This document shows, piece by piece, positions 1-12,213 of a stretch of DNA of 64,000 nucleotides (the stretch's first letter is position 1; every line of letters begins with the position of its first letter). This DNA is from Octopus sinensis (Eukaryota). The stretch is taken from assembly GCF_006345805.1 (NCBI RefSeq), contig NC_043003.1, positions 69,564,001 to 69,628,000 of the forward strand, in the 5' to 3' direction. The notes under the pieces were generated by a model. That model worked only from the letters and a program-made list of their open reading frames with translations, was not told where the DNA came from and made no database searches. The position numbers and the translations under genes are program-made.

Positions 1-1964
1 ATTTTTTATATCCCTTTTGGTGAAATGCATTAATTATTCAAGCTAACAGAAGTGTCTCTATTTGATCACATCATCTGCTACAGATACTATATATTATACC
101 CTAACATCTTGAAAAACAGGATAATATAAGCCTGAATGCACAAGTGTCGTAGAAAAGGATGAACCAGTCAAAACTGTAATGTTATTGATCAGAGTTTTGT
201 GAGATCAGGTTTTACCTGGAGCTAAACTACAACAAAGGGAAAAATATGTTAATAATGTAGCAATATAAATTTTATGTTTAACAATAATTACAGCATGACA
301 GTCTTCAATCATAATAGATCTATTTAATTAGAGATAAGCCAAGTTAAATTATAATTTAATAACCCACCAAACATCAAACTGCTCATTTATATTCTCGGGA
401 TATTATGGAAATAATCAAGCCTTAGTTTTTGTGACATGAATAGGTACTCCTTTCTAATTAAATAATCAATTAATCTCACTTCCTAATACCATTCAATTTT
501 TGTTTCAGACATTACAGTATATTCAGACAGATACTACAGGACCAGTAAACAAGGGTGAAACAATAATTCTGCTGATGATAGCTAGGAATGCAGAAACGTT
601 TCAAGGTTGTCTCCCTTGTTGATTTTACCAAAGAATGTTAGCTAAACCCTGTTTTCTTGGTCACCACATTAAATACATTTTTGTTTTGGTTTCGGGTTTT
701 TCCCTTGTCATTGAAAACATAAGGATTAAATAAACCGACCTTTTTATTTACTACCTACGTTGAAAAGCATTGTTTAAAACAGCCAACAAGCTACCCACCT
801 TGCGGTTAATCAACCTGCTAGAAAGAACAGCCAAATCTTCCTCCAGTCACAACTAATGGTGAAAATTGGATAATGCGGTCCTTATATGTACTGTGAACTA
901 AAGATGGGATGGTCATGGCTAGAACACGTGTAGTTAGAGGTCTACTTAATGAGGGCAGGCCAAAACTATAACCAATATTTTAAACAAATCTAGATTGAAC
1001 TACCGAGTGAGATTTACACAGGCAGCAATATGCATACAGGTTAGTGTGTACCTAAAGAAAAGGTCACCATGAGGGCAAGGTCTTTTATTATAGGGACCAA
1101 GGCAAAGTTTAAGCATACATACAGAACAAATATCTCTCATTGATAAGAAAAGAAAAAAATGGGCGGGGTATATTTACATTATGCTGAGTTTTAAGAAGCA
1201 ACAGAGAAGGCATTTTATCAGTTCAACGGAAGTGAGGGGATTGCAGTACTTGTGACTGTAATTTAATATTAGGGAACTAGAACACATTGTTGAGGAAATG
1301 AGGGGAAAAGTTTCCATAGGTTGGTAAACATTCCTCGTTTCAGGACCAGATAAGAAAACAATAGTGCCCCACCCCACACCCCGATGCAGTCTTGTGAAGG
1401 CTAGGTTATCGGGATGAAAAAAAAAGTTAGATAAGGAGACGATCGTGAAAAGTAAAAATAATTTATAAGTAAAACAGCGATACAATATCAGGGACTTGTA
1501 GAATCAAGGAAAAAAAAAAAAAACAGTAAAGGTATTGTAGCAAGCCTCGCCTGTCTCATACATACATATGAAATATTCTTTCCAATTTTTGGCCCAAGCT
1601 CAGTTCGATTATAAATATACTTAACTTATTGACACCCGAAAACGAAAATGTAAAGCAAAGTCGATCTCAGAAGAATTTGAACTCAGGAACCGTAAAGAGT
1701 CGGAATGCATACATGAAATATATATATACTGGAAATAGGAGCCAATATACCACCAACTCGCCCCTCCCCCGCCCATTCCATTTTCGGAAAATAAGTGCAC
1801 AGTTATCTGCAGAATGGTCAAATTAATTCAAATGACACCAAAAAAACCTGAAATATTTACTATCAATTTCATTTAGTATTTTCAGCGGTCAGCGTACAAA
1901 CATTGCTTTTTATAAGGATATATATATATATAAAGATTAATTAATGCAAGGAAATCGAACTCAC

Positions 1965-2041
1965 CTGGATCGTACAACAACCCAGACTTGGCAGATTTGT
2001 TGGTTACAGGATGGACCCACGAGGTAGTCTCGTGCAAATCA
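1965..2041 (-). CDS. PLEKHA7: Second coding exon of the PLEKHA5/6/7-like gene (DLHETTSWVHPVTNKSAKSGLLYDP, completes WW1)
   Basis: Acceptor ttttctcttgtttag, 77 nt, phase 2 to phase 1, donor CAG|GTGAGT. TTSWVHPVT matches the recalled STTWLHPVT of PLEKHA5. The next exon was not found in the window. Confidence 0.88.
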
Positions 2042-2667
2042 CTAAACAAGAGAAAAATTGGAAACATGACATACACAACCCTTACCGAGACACACACAAT
2101 AAACAACAATACAGAGGTACAAACACTTTAATCAAAAATATCCAATAAACAAAAGTTAATTAAACAAGATCGATCAACATTTTCTGATAACGATACATTT
2201 TAATTTTTTTTTCTTAAGCATTACAATACTTTTTATATCCAGCTAAAACTTTGTATTTTAGTGAAAATGTCGGAATTTGTCACTGAATTATTATTATTAT
2301 TATTATTAAACAATATGTGCTGTTAGCCCAATTATCTCTCATCGGTCAGCTCTAGCCTATAAATGTTCCAGTCGTGACCATTCCATCTTTTATTGGCACA
2401 GCATATCTACGACTACATTATTCAGTGTCCTATCTTTTTCTTATCGTTATTTCCAAGTCAGTGAGGTGTGCGTCAAAGGCGTTAAGACTGCTATTTCTAG
2501 CAAGTCGAGAAACATGGTAGAAGATAGCTTGATAAATAATTATTGGAAGTGTCTGTGTTAAAAAATCTCGGTGAATGTGAAAAATAGTTGTTTGTATGTA
2601 TGAGTATGGAGTCGATATAATGTTTTATAGTCTTCGTTCAACATTCTTAAGGAGGGGGGGCAATGTG

Positions 2668-2744
2668 CAGGATGCCCATAAATTGTCTTTACAACTTTGA
2701 GACTTCCACATTCCAAATTGTAAAGATAATTTATAGACACCCTG
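2668..2744. mobile_element. Tiny Tc1/mariner-type MITE
   Basis: About 27-bp imperfect TIRs (caggatgcccataaattgtctttacaa / ttgtaaagataatttatagacaccctg), CAGGGTG-type terminus followed by TA. Confidence 0.65.
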
Positions 2745-5087
2745 TATATCTCTTACTATAACAAAATGTGTGTAAATAGTTGTGGGAAGAGCAGGACACG
2801 AAATTTGAGATTTATACTGAGATTATGTGACGTTCATGTCCTTCTCAAATACATAAGATATAAACAAATAAAATGATTACAACGACCGGAAATCGAAACC
2901 AGAAAGCATGTCCCAGGTACCATGATATAACGTTTAACTCAACTAAGCTCCACATACCAGCTATTATTAACAAGCATACAAATAAAGGATACTCCAGCTG
3001 TGACCATCAGGTCTAACTTTTTTTTTTTTTTTGTCTCGGACATTATGTAGGATCAAATTGTCCGATATGTCCCTTTAAAAGGAAAAGAAAGGATAGTAGG
3101 GCGTTATATATTTTCATATATCAGGTTTTATGTTTTGCGAAACACATCCCTTAACTGAGACAACAAACTTGCGACAGCTATAAAGATATATTGCTTGTTG
3201 TTTCGACCCAGAACAATCCTGAAACGGCAAAACTATAACCAAAAGCGATCCAACTATAACCATTTGGTTTTTTTGGCATCTTTCATTTATTAATTACCGC
3301 CTTAAAAGAAATAAACAGGTTGTTGGCACGGCTGCAATTTCTAGGTGTTGCGACCATATAGTCTTTGTTATCCCGTGTACGCCATTGTACAATACATTGG
3401 GCAGGCTTGAAGAATAGCTATTGCTATATCACAGAGAAGGAAATGGTTAAGTCTTTTATATATTTTCATTCATACAGCGGAAATGACTATTCTGAAAAAA
3501 AGAGGCGGGGTCCGAAATTTTTATTTTTAAAAAATTATTTTTGCCCCTCAGTTCTTTGGCCTTTTCCTTCCCAAATAGATATTAAAAGCTATTCCAAAAG
3601 TTCATTATAGATAGGTTTGGATATTGTGAACACAAATCATTTGGATAAGAAGAACTAAAGCCAGAATTTTATTTCCTTTCCTTTTGAAACAGTTAAAAAC
3701 ACTCCAAGTTGCGCCACTAGGGAATGGAATGAATGTCAAAACATCCGATTTCTTTTCTTTACATAAATAGAACACTTCAATGTTTATACAAGAAAGGTTT
3801 TACACACCTCGATTATATGTGTATGTGTGGAATGTGTGAAAGTGTTATTGAATGTATAAGCTTACAATACACGGGAGCTATCAAGTGGAAGCATTTAAGG
3901 TTATGTCCGATTATTTAAGTAAATGTACTCATATTCAGTGCATGTGGGTGAATGAACCGACATACACTCATAAACAAAAACAGGTGAGAGACGATCCGGA
4001 AGAGGTAGAGAGAAAGAGGCGTAAGTAGAGGAAAACCATTGTTAGTATCCCTTCAGGTTAACAGCTGACCTCAGAAAGACAAAACGTAGGTGTTTTAAGG
4101 AAGAAGAGGTGGGGAGCAGAGTGACAGCAGCGCATGGCGATTGCAGAAGAGGCATTCCACTGGGAGATCACCCTTTCCAACTTCCAACGCTCAAGTTAGA
4201 CACACACTCTTTACGAATTTCACTTTCAAACGAATCTTCCAAGATTATTTGACACTACTTACAACATCTACAAGATCTACCCACTGCTACAGAATTGTCT
4301 AGTGAAACTTTACAGACATTCTGAAAGAAACGGGAACCCTGGCTCTGGACACTTGCTGAGGAAGGATTTGTTCCAAAAGAACAGACCCCCACCAGAAGAG
4401 TAACACTGTCATTGCATGATTAAATCTTGCTTGCCAAGACCTTACCTAAGTATGCTCTGATCTAATATGCATTACAGTACTATAAAATAAACCAGGAGCG
4501 GTAGTCATGTTTCTGATGTCCATACACGGTTTCGCTAAAATTTTCTCCACTAAATGGCAGAGTCGATAAGGGTGTCATTGGCAGGATACACAATATATGT
4601 TCATATTCGTGGCTACCGTCAACCAACACTAAAGATAGGGGAATGGAGTGAGAAGACCACGATGACAATACAAGACGTCTAGCCTGCAGGGCCTCCATGA
4701 ACGAGATGACAGTATTGACAAGAAGGTGGTTGCGTGGTCATGTATGAAAGTCAAACCCAGAGAACTGTCGGAACCTGAGCATCCTAAGACGAGAACTGGG
4801 AAACAGCATTTTCACCATTCAGAGGTTCAAAATTTCAATGATACAGGAAAGAATCCAGTGGCTTCAGGAAAATGGTAACACCACTCATAAGGACTGAGGT
4901 ATTGTTGAAGACACCATGACCCAACAAAACCTCTGTAAGATTTAAGATAACATGACTACCGCTCCTGGTTTTTTTTTATAGTACTGTAACGCATATTAGA
5001 TCAGAGCATTGTACCCTAACTGTAATGGCCATTCAGGTCTGATAACTTCCCCCATGACTCAAGCAGAAGCAATGGAGAAATTGCACA

Positions 5088-5271
5088 TACTGTGTTTGAT
5101 GGCATATTAGACGCATCACAATTTCAGCAGTGTGTATTCAGGAAAAAGTGAACATCACGGACAAAATTAGATGATGCGGGTAGGCAACTTCGCATACTAA
5201 GATAGGAGGTGATTTCTTTGAGACCTCTTTTGATTAGGTGGGGTGCGTCTTATATACCATCAAATACTGTA
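5088..5271. mobile_element. pogo/Tigger-like MITE nested in the Hero remnant
   Basis: About 30-bp TIRs tactgtgtttgatggcatattagacgcatc / ggtgcgtcttatataccatcaaatactgta with TA ends. Confidence 0.65.
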
Positions 5272-5648
5272 AATTCGTGAGAAGCTGGTTTGGTGCTCCT
5301 CCAACTTTAGCTCAGTTAACCTGCACAACAGGTTCCATAAGCTCCACTTCACAAATCCATAGGTGGTGCAAGAATTCAAGGTCACTAAGGTAAGTTAGTA
5401 CACTGTTATCTGAGAATGAACAAGACATGCCGACAAGGCCATTATGCTGGGAGGAAATGGAAACCAAAGAAAGCTGAACCGTGCTGGAAACACCAGAATA
5501 TCGACGAGTTGGTCTGCCAACGAGATCCAGAACCTTGCAACCATAGTACCAAGAAATGGAACATGCCAATGCAATGAAGAAAAAAAAAGGACTAGTAATG
5601 CAGAAGGTCAGAGATACACAAGAAGAATATCGCTGTGCACTGCTTGCC

Positions 5649-5745
5649 GGCGGAGGTAAAGAATACGTACACCACTCGTTTTCGGCGTAACAAAAACCCT
5701 AACCCTAACCCTAAACACCGGGTGTACGTATTCTTTACTTTCGCC
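5649..5745. mobile_element. 97-bp MULE-like MITE with an internal (CCCTAA)3 run
   Basis: GG...CC termini, about 25-bp TIR (ggcggaggtaaagaatacgtacacc), perfect 9-bp TSD ctgcttgcc at 5640-5648 and 5746-5754. Confidence 0.8.
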
Positions 5746-6559
5746 CTGCTTGCCTACCAGAAAGAACAGATAGTGAGACCGGTACTTCAAAGACGTCCTT
5801 CGAGGGACATTGTAGTACCAACCAGGGCAAGTTGTCCGTCCTCCTGTGTCTTGAGTTGACCTTTTTCTCAAGCGAAAACAACCTTACATTCTTAGACAAA
5901 GAAGAGGACTTATTTTGCAACTGTATAAAACTCAACAAATAGATGTCTATAGACATACGTACAGGTACACAAATTCAAACATATTTTCTCTCGTTCTCCA
6001 TTTTTTCTCTCTTCATTCCTTTCTGTAGAAGAGCGTAGGCTCAAAATGTCAAGGATTTTTTCTGAGCGTCAAACTAATACATTTTGTTTGTTACCTAACT
6101 TGTCTGTCTTATTTTCGATTTTGAACTATATATAAGAAATATTTTCTTAAACTAAAAATTATATGAAGAAATTTGAAAAAAAGAATGATACTAACCGTTT
6201 GGAAAAAAGTTTTCTTAATGGGTTAAGTGCTTTCGCTTTACAGCTTTTCAGAAATGCGTGTTATGGGGTAATAACAAACAAAAGTTCTCAGCAAAGAAGA
6301 ACACTTCATATGGATTATATGGATAAACCGGACACAGTCAACAGCCCTACTATAAACAACTTCCGTTATGCGAATTACCTCATAGTACGTGTGTTTGAAA
6401 AACTGTTAACAGTGGAAATGCTTAATACCATTACGAAAACATCTCTCCGAAAGATTCATGTTGTACTGTATTTTTTAGGATTATTCATATAAATGTATTA
6501 GTTTGACGCTCAAAAAATCCTTTCTTCAAACACGGAGAGTGTATAAAGAATTTGCAAAG

Positions 6560-6920
6560 TCTTATATGTATATATAATACATACGTGTGTGCATGTGTAA
6601 ATATGCATGTACATGTGTGCATGTGTATATACATGAGTGCATGTATATATATATATACATGTCTGCATGTATATATATATATATACATGTGTGCATGTAT
6701 ATACATACATGTGTGCATGTACATGTGTGCATGCATGTATGTGCATGTATATCTGTACATGTGTGCCTGTATATATATATGCATGTGTATGTGTGTGGCC
6801 ACAGTCAAATGAACGAAACAAGTAAAAGAGTAATATATATGTGTGCATGTGTATATACAAGTGTGTATGTTTATTTATATATATATATGTATACAAGTGT
6901 GCTTGTGTGTATGTATGAAA
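6560..6920. repeat. Compound (TA)n/(TG)n/CATG microsatellite
   Basis: Low-complexity tgca/tata runs; source of several spurious ORFs in the track. Confidence 0.9.
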
Positions 6921-7707
6921 ATTACACCAAGATTTAAAAAAAAAAAAACAAGACAGAGACAGGTGAGTAACAACACACAAGGTACTTTGACACTCAGGAA
7001 AAATGGGAGCGGTTTTGGCATTTTGTGCCTACGCTCTTCTACAGAAAGGAATGAAGAAAGAAAACAATGGAGAGGTGGGATCAGAATGGAGAAAGTAAAA
7101 AAAATGTTTGGTTTAGCGTTTTCACATGTGTATACATAATATCCATACGATGATGGCAAGGCCGAAACTTTTAAACCATTATCATCACTCTTCTTGTAAA
7201 AGTATTATAAACACGTATGTATATATACACACATCTATATATAAATACGCGCATATAGAGAGATATAATGATGCAAATAAACAAAAAAAATCGCGTGGTC
7301 TAGATATATAAAATATATATACATATATACATGTAAACAAAGACTAAAAATATTCATACGATGAATGTTCGGGCATAAATATATAAATATTTGATTTGGC
7401 AAAGTTTCGGTATCGCCAAATAGGCAAAGTTTCGGTTGTCTCGACGGAAAACTTGTGCTACGACATGCGAAACATCGCCAAATATTTATATATTAACAGA
7501 GCAGACCTGTACAAAGACACAGAAAACAAAGGGGAAGTCCGACAGCTGTTTCTAGGGGCTCAGAATCACTTCATAATGTTGGCAGATTATTTCGCAAAAG
7601 TCAAGAATATGAAGCCAGCGATGGAAGCATATAAACATTAGGTAGATCCAGTTTTCACTTTTAAGTGATTTTATGTGTGTGTGTTTGTGTGTTTATACAC
7701 ACATCTG

Positions 7708-7759
<52 letters not shown>

Positions 7760-8533
7760 AACACACATATTCAAGTATATACATAATTATACGTGTGCGT
7801 GCGTGCGTGTAAATATATATATATATATATATATATAGACATACAAACAATCAATAACACACAAGAACACATTTGATAGATAGCTACTAACACTAAGTTA
7901 TTTAATTTTTGTTGACTATTTTTGTTGACACACATACATACAGGGACCACTCTGCGATACAAGTACCTGTGTTCACACATGTACGTAAAAGTTGATTGTA
8001 GTTACGAACATCGGTATGCAAAAAAAACCTATCAGCTTTTTTTTTAGCTTTTCTGTTTTGCCCCAGGTTAAGCGTGACTCGACAGTCTTGAAGTAAGTTC
8101 AAAATGTGACAAATCTCAACATTTGCTACATTTTCTATATCTGACTGTTTCCTTCGGCTTTGTGTGTGGGTTGAGTCAATTTGGCTGCTGTTTCTAGCAG
8201 GTCAACCTCTGGTAGTTAGTGTTTAACCAAAGGTCAGCCATGATCCTCCTTTTTTCCTATTAGTAGAGAAAGCAGGACCATGTTTAAGTAGTGTGTGATT
8301 TATCTTCTACTTCTAACAAGTGAAACGAACACGTAGACGCTCCCACACTGGCTCCGACATACGTTAGTTGGGACAAGAGTTGGAAAGAGAGAGAGATAGA
8401 CAGACAGAGAGAGAAACACGAGAAAAACTACAAAAAAACTATCAAATGGCGTAACATGTCGAGGGAAGAAAGTGCATCGAGTTGAAGTATTTGAATGAAA
8501 AAGTTGTCTGAAAGAGAAAGCTAAAAGACTCAC

Positions 8534-8619
8534 TCAATATAAAATATTCGTCCGTCGGCGGTCACTCCGTAAGTCCAGTTCTGTGGTAAAGGTTCTATTA
8601 ATTCAGAAACAGTAGCCAT
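8534..8619 (-). CDS. PLEKHA7: First coding exon of a PLEKHA5/6/7-like WW-WW-PH protein (MATVSELIEPLPQNWTYGVTADGRIFYI, N-terminal half of WW1)
   Basis: ATG at 8619. The 86 nt read LPQNWTYGVTADGRIFYI and end GA|GTGAGT (phase 2). This matches the recalled WW1 motif of PLEKHA7/PLEKHA5 (LPxxWxYGVxxDGRVFFI). It splices in frame to the exon at 2041. The exact paralogue cannot be resolved. Confidence 0.88.
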
Positions 8620-9223
8620 GATCGGATTTGTTTTTAAGTTACTGAAAGAGTGAACGAGGGAGGGAGGAAGTAAAAGAGAAGGGATTGATTAGAGAGTGAG
8701 TACAAGAGAGGGATTAGAGAGGAAGCGGGTAAGTGAGTGAGTGAAAGAAGGATTAGATAGAGATTGATTGACTGAGAGAGTGTTAGTGACAGATATGTCA
8801 CTTAGAGGGAGATGTAGGAGTGAGACGGTGAGTGACAGACTGATAGTAAGAAATAGATAGTAACATAGATATAGGACAAGTGAGTGAGGGAGGGAGAAAG
8901 AAGGAAGGTAGTAAAGTTGGAGCGGTCACTTGATCACCCTCCCTACGACACGACTTGTCAGTAACGGCTGTTACTTACACCTCCCACTGCTATGAGGTAG
9001 AATGTTTTTTAAAAATACTTGTTGAAGAAAACTGGGATCTACATTTATGAACAAGAGGTGAAAGAAAGTGTAGCTTTTGGTGGGGGAAATGACAAGTGGG
9101 AACATAATTTAGATGGGGGTAGTATAGGGAAATGAAAATGAAAGGGTTAAAGTCGAAAACATTCAGGAGACAGGAAACAGAATAATATTTTTAAAAGTGG
9201 TGGGAGGAACATGTATATGTGCA

Positions 9224-9268
<45 letters not shown>

Positions 9269-10589
9269 CAGTTTATGTATGTGTATGAGGTTGTGTATAT
9301 GTGTGGAGGGGAGTCTACGTATGTGAAATTTTAAAGAAACAGAGCAAAACAAAAAAATCTATAGAAGTGTCAATATTAATACAAAAAAGTATAGATACAA
9401 AGAAAAATTTAATGTCAAGAGAAAGAGGGTGAGGTCAAACGAAAGCATGTTACTAAATAGTGACTGATAGGGAGTTTGATACAAAGGAATGGAAATCAAG
9501 ACTATATTTTGATAAACACTGTGTGTGAACTTCAAACCCTTCGGGCCGTTCGATCTCTACGCGAAGACCTTGTCTTCTGAGAGCGATTCTTGGGGAAAGA
9601 TCCGAATGGTGGATCCCAACCCGCTTCAAACCAAATTTTCGAAAACGGTTGAGCCGAATGAGACAAGCTAATTAACAAAAGATGTTTAGTTCTGTGATGA
9701 CTGCTACTTTTTTTACTGCTGTGAGCTGTACTTTCTCGTAAGACCTATTTGCAGTCAGGTGAACAGCATTAGAGCATGTTAGCTCGGAGTTTCTCAAGAT
9801 AGGGCGTGGCAATATTTTGGTGACATGTAGGTTACTTTTGAATTGAAACTAAGTCTATAACCAGTGTGTAAAAGTTTCAATAAGATTTTAATTAAAACTG
9901 CTTGTGTAGGATATACAGTAACTGGTCCGTTCACGGTGGGGGTGCACATTTAAAATATATATTTGTAGGACGTGTGGTTTAATAAGGTTAAGTAACACCA
10001 TTAGATATTTATTCACATAGTGCAGCGTCAGTAACTTACATAATGTTCCATGTCGACAAGTAGAAACTTGCTATGGAGCGAGCAGATAGCAGGAGAAATC
10101 TTCAAAGGAAGAACTACCGTCAAGTAAGTTTTTCGGGCTGTTCCTGAGATTCTAAGAGAACTGGACTTACCTAAGTATGACGCTTGTTTTTGACGGCAGA
10201 AAGTAATACAAGGAAATAAACTTTATGCCACAAAGAACAAGATTAGTCAAACATTCCAAGAAAAAACCCTTTTCTGTGAAAAAGGAAAAGCTAACATAAC
10301 GTTGCGTGCAGGGCCTTTCGCCGAACTATCCTGTAACGTTAGAATTATCTCCTTCACAGCAAAGTATTTATTCCACTTTTGTATGTATATTTGCTTACAC
10401 AATCCGTCATTAGTTTATCTGGATTCAAACTATTTCACAAAAGAAATACAAGAAGTTTACAAATTGAAATAAATTAGGAAACCATGGAATCTAATCAAAT
10501 TAATCGTGTTCTCCAACAGCAAAAGCTAATTAAGAGTTCAAATAGTGGAATAAGTTTGATGCCTTGTATCGGAAATTCTTACGTTCAGT

Positions 10590-10945
10590 CAAGAGCCTTG
10601 CTCACTCTTAGGAGAGTCGACCAGATGAGATTTGCTTGCCTGCGTTGGCTGGCTTATGCCCTCCGTCATCAACCAGGAGAATTCATCTACGAAGCATTTG
10701 CCCCAGCTCCCCTTGAGGGTTGGTGAAAGCGATGTGGTGGACAACGAAAAACCTGGCTGATGACGGTCAAGGCTGATCTGGAACCCAACCTAGGCCCCAT
10801 GTCTACGGCGTTCGCTGCTGGAGATCACGCGGTCGTTAGCCTCAAATCGCCAGGCCTGGTCGGTGTTCGTGAGAGATGCAGTATTGAGAATGAACGAAGC
10901 CAGCTCAACCCACCCCAGGTGAATGCTGTCACAAGTCAAGAAGAC
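10590..10945 (+). mobile_element. RTE-clade LINE ORF2 3' fragment
   Basis: LRWLAYALRH...GW*KRCGGQRKTWLMTVKADL...RSLASNRQAWSVFVRDAV, the typical RTE C-terminus. Confidence 0.75.
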
Positions 10946-11758
10946 CAGATGAGATTGACGTTCCAATATGTGTTGTAGTTATAAAGTAATGTTAACGACA
11001 CGTTAATTGTTGTTTAATCCTGTGGCTGTCTTAATCGAGAAAACTTATAAAAGACGTTCCAACAATGACCATCTTGTCTTTTCCATCGACACAAAGCTGG
11101 ATTGACCATGAGTTAAAATAAACTACAGCTCATAGTTTCACAATTAGCAGGGAATTCAAATGAATAAAAAGGCAAATATTTGATTTTTGTGAAGCCTACT
11201 GTCTCTTAATTGCTTGGGACTTTCCCAATTTAAAGCTGACATTGCCCTGCAGCGAAGCCCAGAATCGAAATCTTACAGCTTTAGAAACTATTATCAGACC
11301 ACACTTAGATTAAACGACATACCTTGAATATCAAGCAGTCGGCTTGTAGTAATATCGCCCCATATTATATAGAGTGTTCTATCATGTTCCAGAGGCTCCT
11401 GCGTAAAAAGGGAATGTATAAGTAAAACGCGGGAGGCACAGCCAGACATGTGGATGAGGTCGCTATGCAAGTGGACCCAGACAACAAGCCCTTAAGAGGA
11501 CAAAGTTCCTAGGTTGCAGCTCAACCCTGCGGTAAAGGAATCGCCAGCTACGAAGAACAGTGTATTTTTCCCTCCTTTCAAACGAAACTTTTCATTTCTG
11601 TTATTAATGTAACTGCGAACTATTCTCTACTTCTGCCACAATACACTACTAGCAAGCATCTGTATAATTTCGTGAATATTTTCATATATATTATGTAAAA
11701 ATAAATGTATTTAAACAATATTGGATCAGGTTTTATTATGGCACAGCACACACAGCCT

Positions 11759-12213
11759 GGATCTTTTCCTTTTGAACGGCACATGTGAACACAATTTCTA
11801 GTTAACTAAACACTTTAAAACTTCGTATACTGGTAGAATGTGTCAAAATAAAACATTTTTTCTCTTGGCTTTCTTGATAAAATTGTAATTCGTTTGTTTA
11901 ACGTAGTTTAATTTTTCGAATTTTAACCAATCAATTGCCTCTAATTGAGCTAAAATCATTTGCTGCGTCTAAGGTTAGTGACAGGATGTTGTCTCAGTTT
12001 TAGACGCAGCAAATGATTTTAGCTCACTAGAGCCGATTCATTGGTTAAAATTTAAAAAATTAAACAACGTTAAACAAACAAATTACAATTTTCTCAAGAA
12101 AGCCAAGAGAAAAAGATGTTTTATTTTGACACATTCTACCAGTATACGAAGTTTTAAAGTGTTTAGTTAACTAGAAATTGTGTTGACATGTGCCGTTCAA
12201 AAGGAAAAGATCC
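11759..12213. mobile_element. Merlin-like MITE copy 1 (near-complete palindrome)
   Basis: TIR GGATCTTTTCCTTTGAACGGCA...TGCCGTTCAAAAGGAAAAGATCC, perfect 8-bp TSD cacagcct, arms of about 210 bp. Confidence 0.8.

Larger units (their letters stand above)
4130..5900 (+). mobile_element. Decayed Hero-clade (RLE-type) non-LTR retrotransposon ORF
   Basis: Frameshifted remnants in the expected order: AEEGFVPKE, VIAxLNLA (~LWLDLANA), KGVI..., RASMNEMTVLT (~RAFMDDLTVTT), WSCMKVKP, QEFKVTK, GRKWKPKKA, EEKKRTSNAEG, RPSRDIVV (~RLE RPDIV). Confidence 0.75.

Noticed and set aside
216-226. 11-nt minus-strand microexon with good splice signals
   Set aside because: Not a multiple of 3, so it would break the frame before WW2. 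No support without RNA data.
509-600. Plus-strand acceptor and short ORF with a downstream AATAAA; also ctgatga...gaaac at about 570-597
   Set aside because: It lies antisense in a PLEKHA7-like intron with no partner exon or homology. The hammerhead-like string has no stem II.
5760-5850. Minus-strand PGWYYNV/EGRL text resembling a WW exon
   Set aside because: Needs two frameshifts, lies within the Hero remnant, and the true exon 1 is at 8534-8619.
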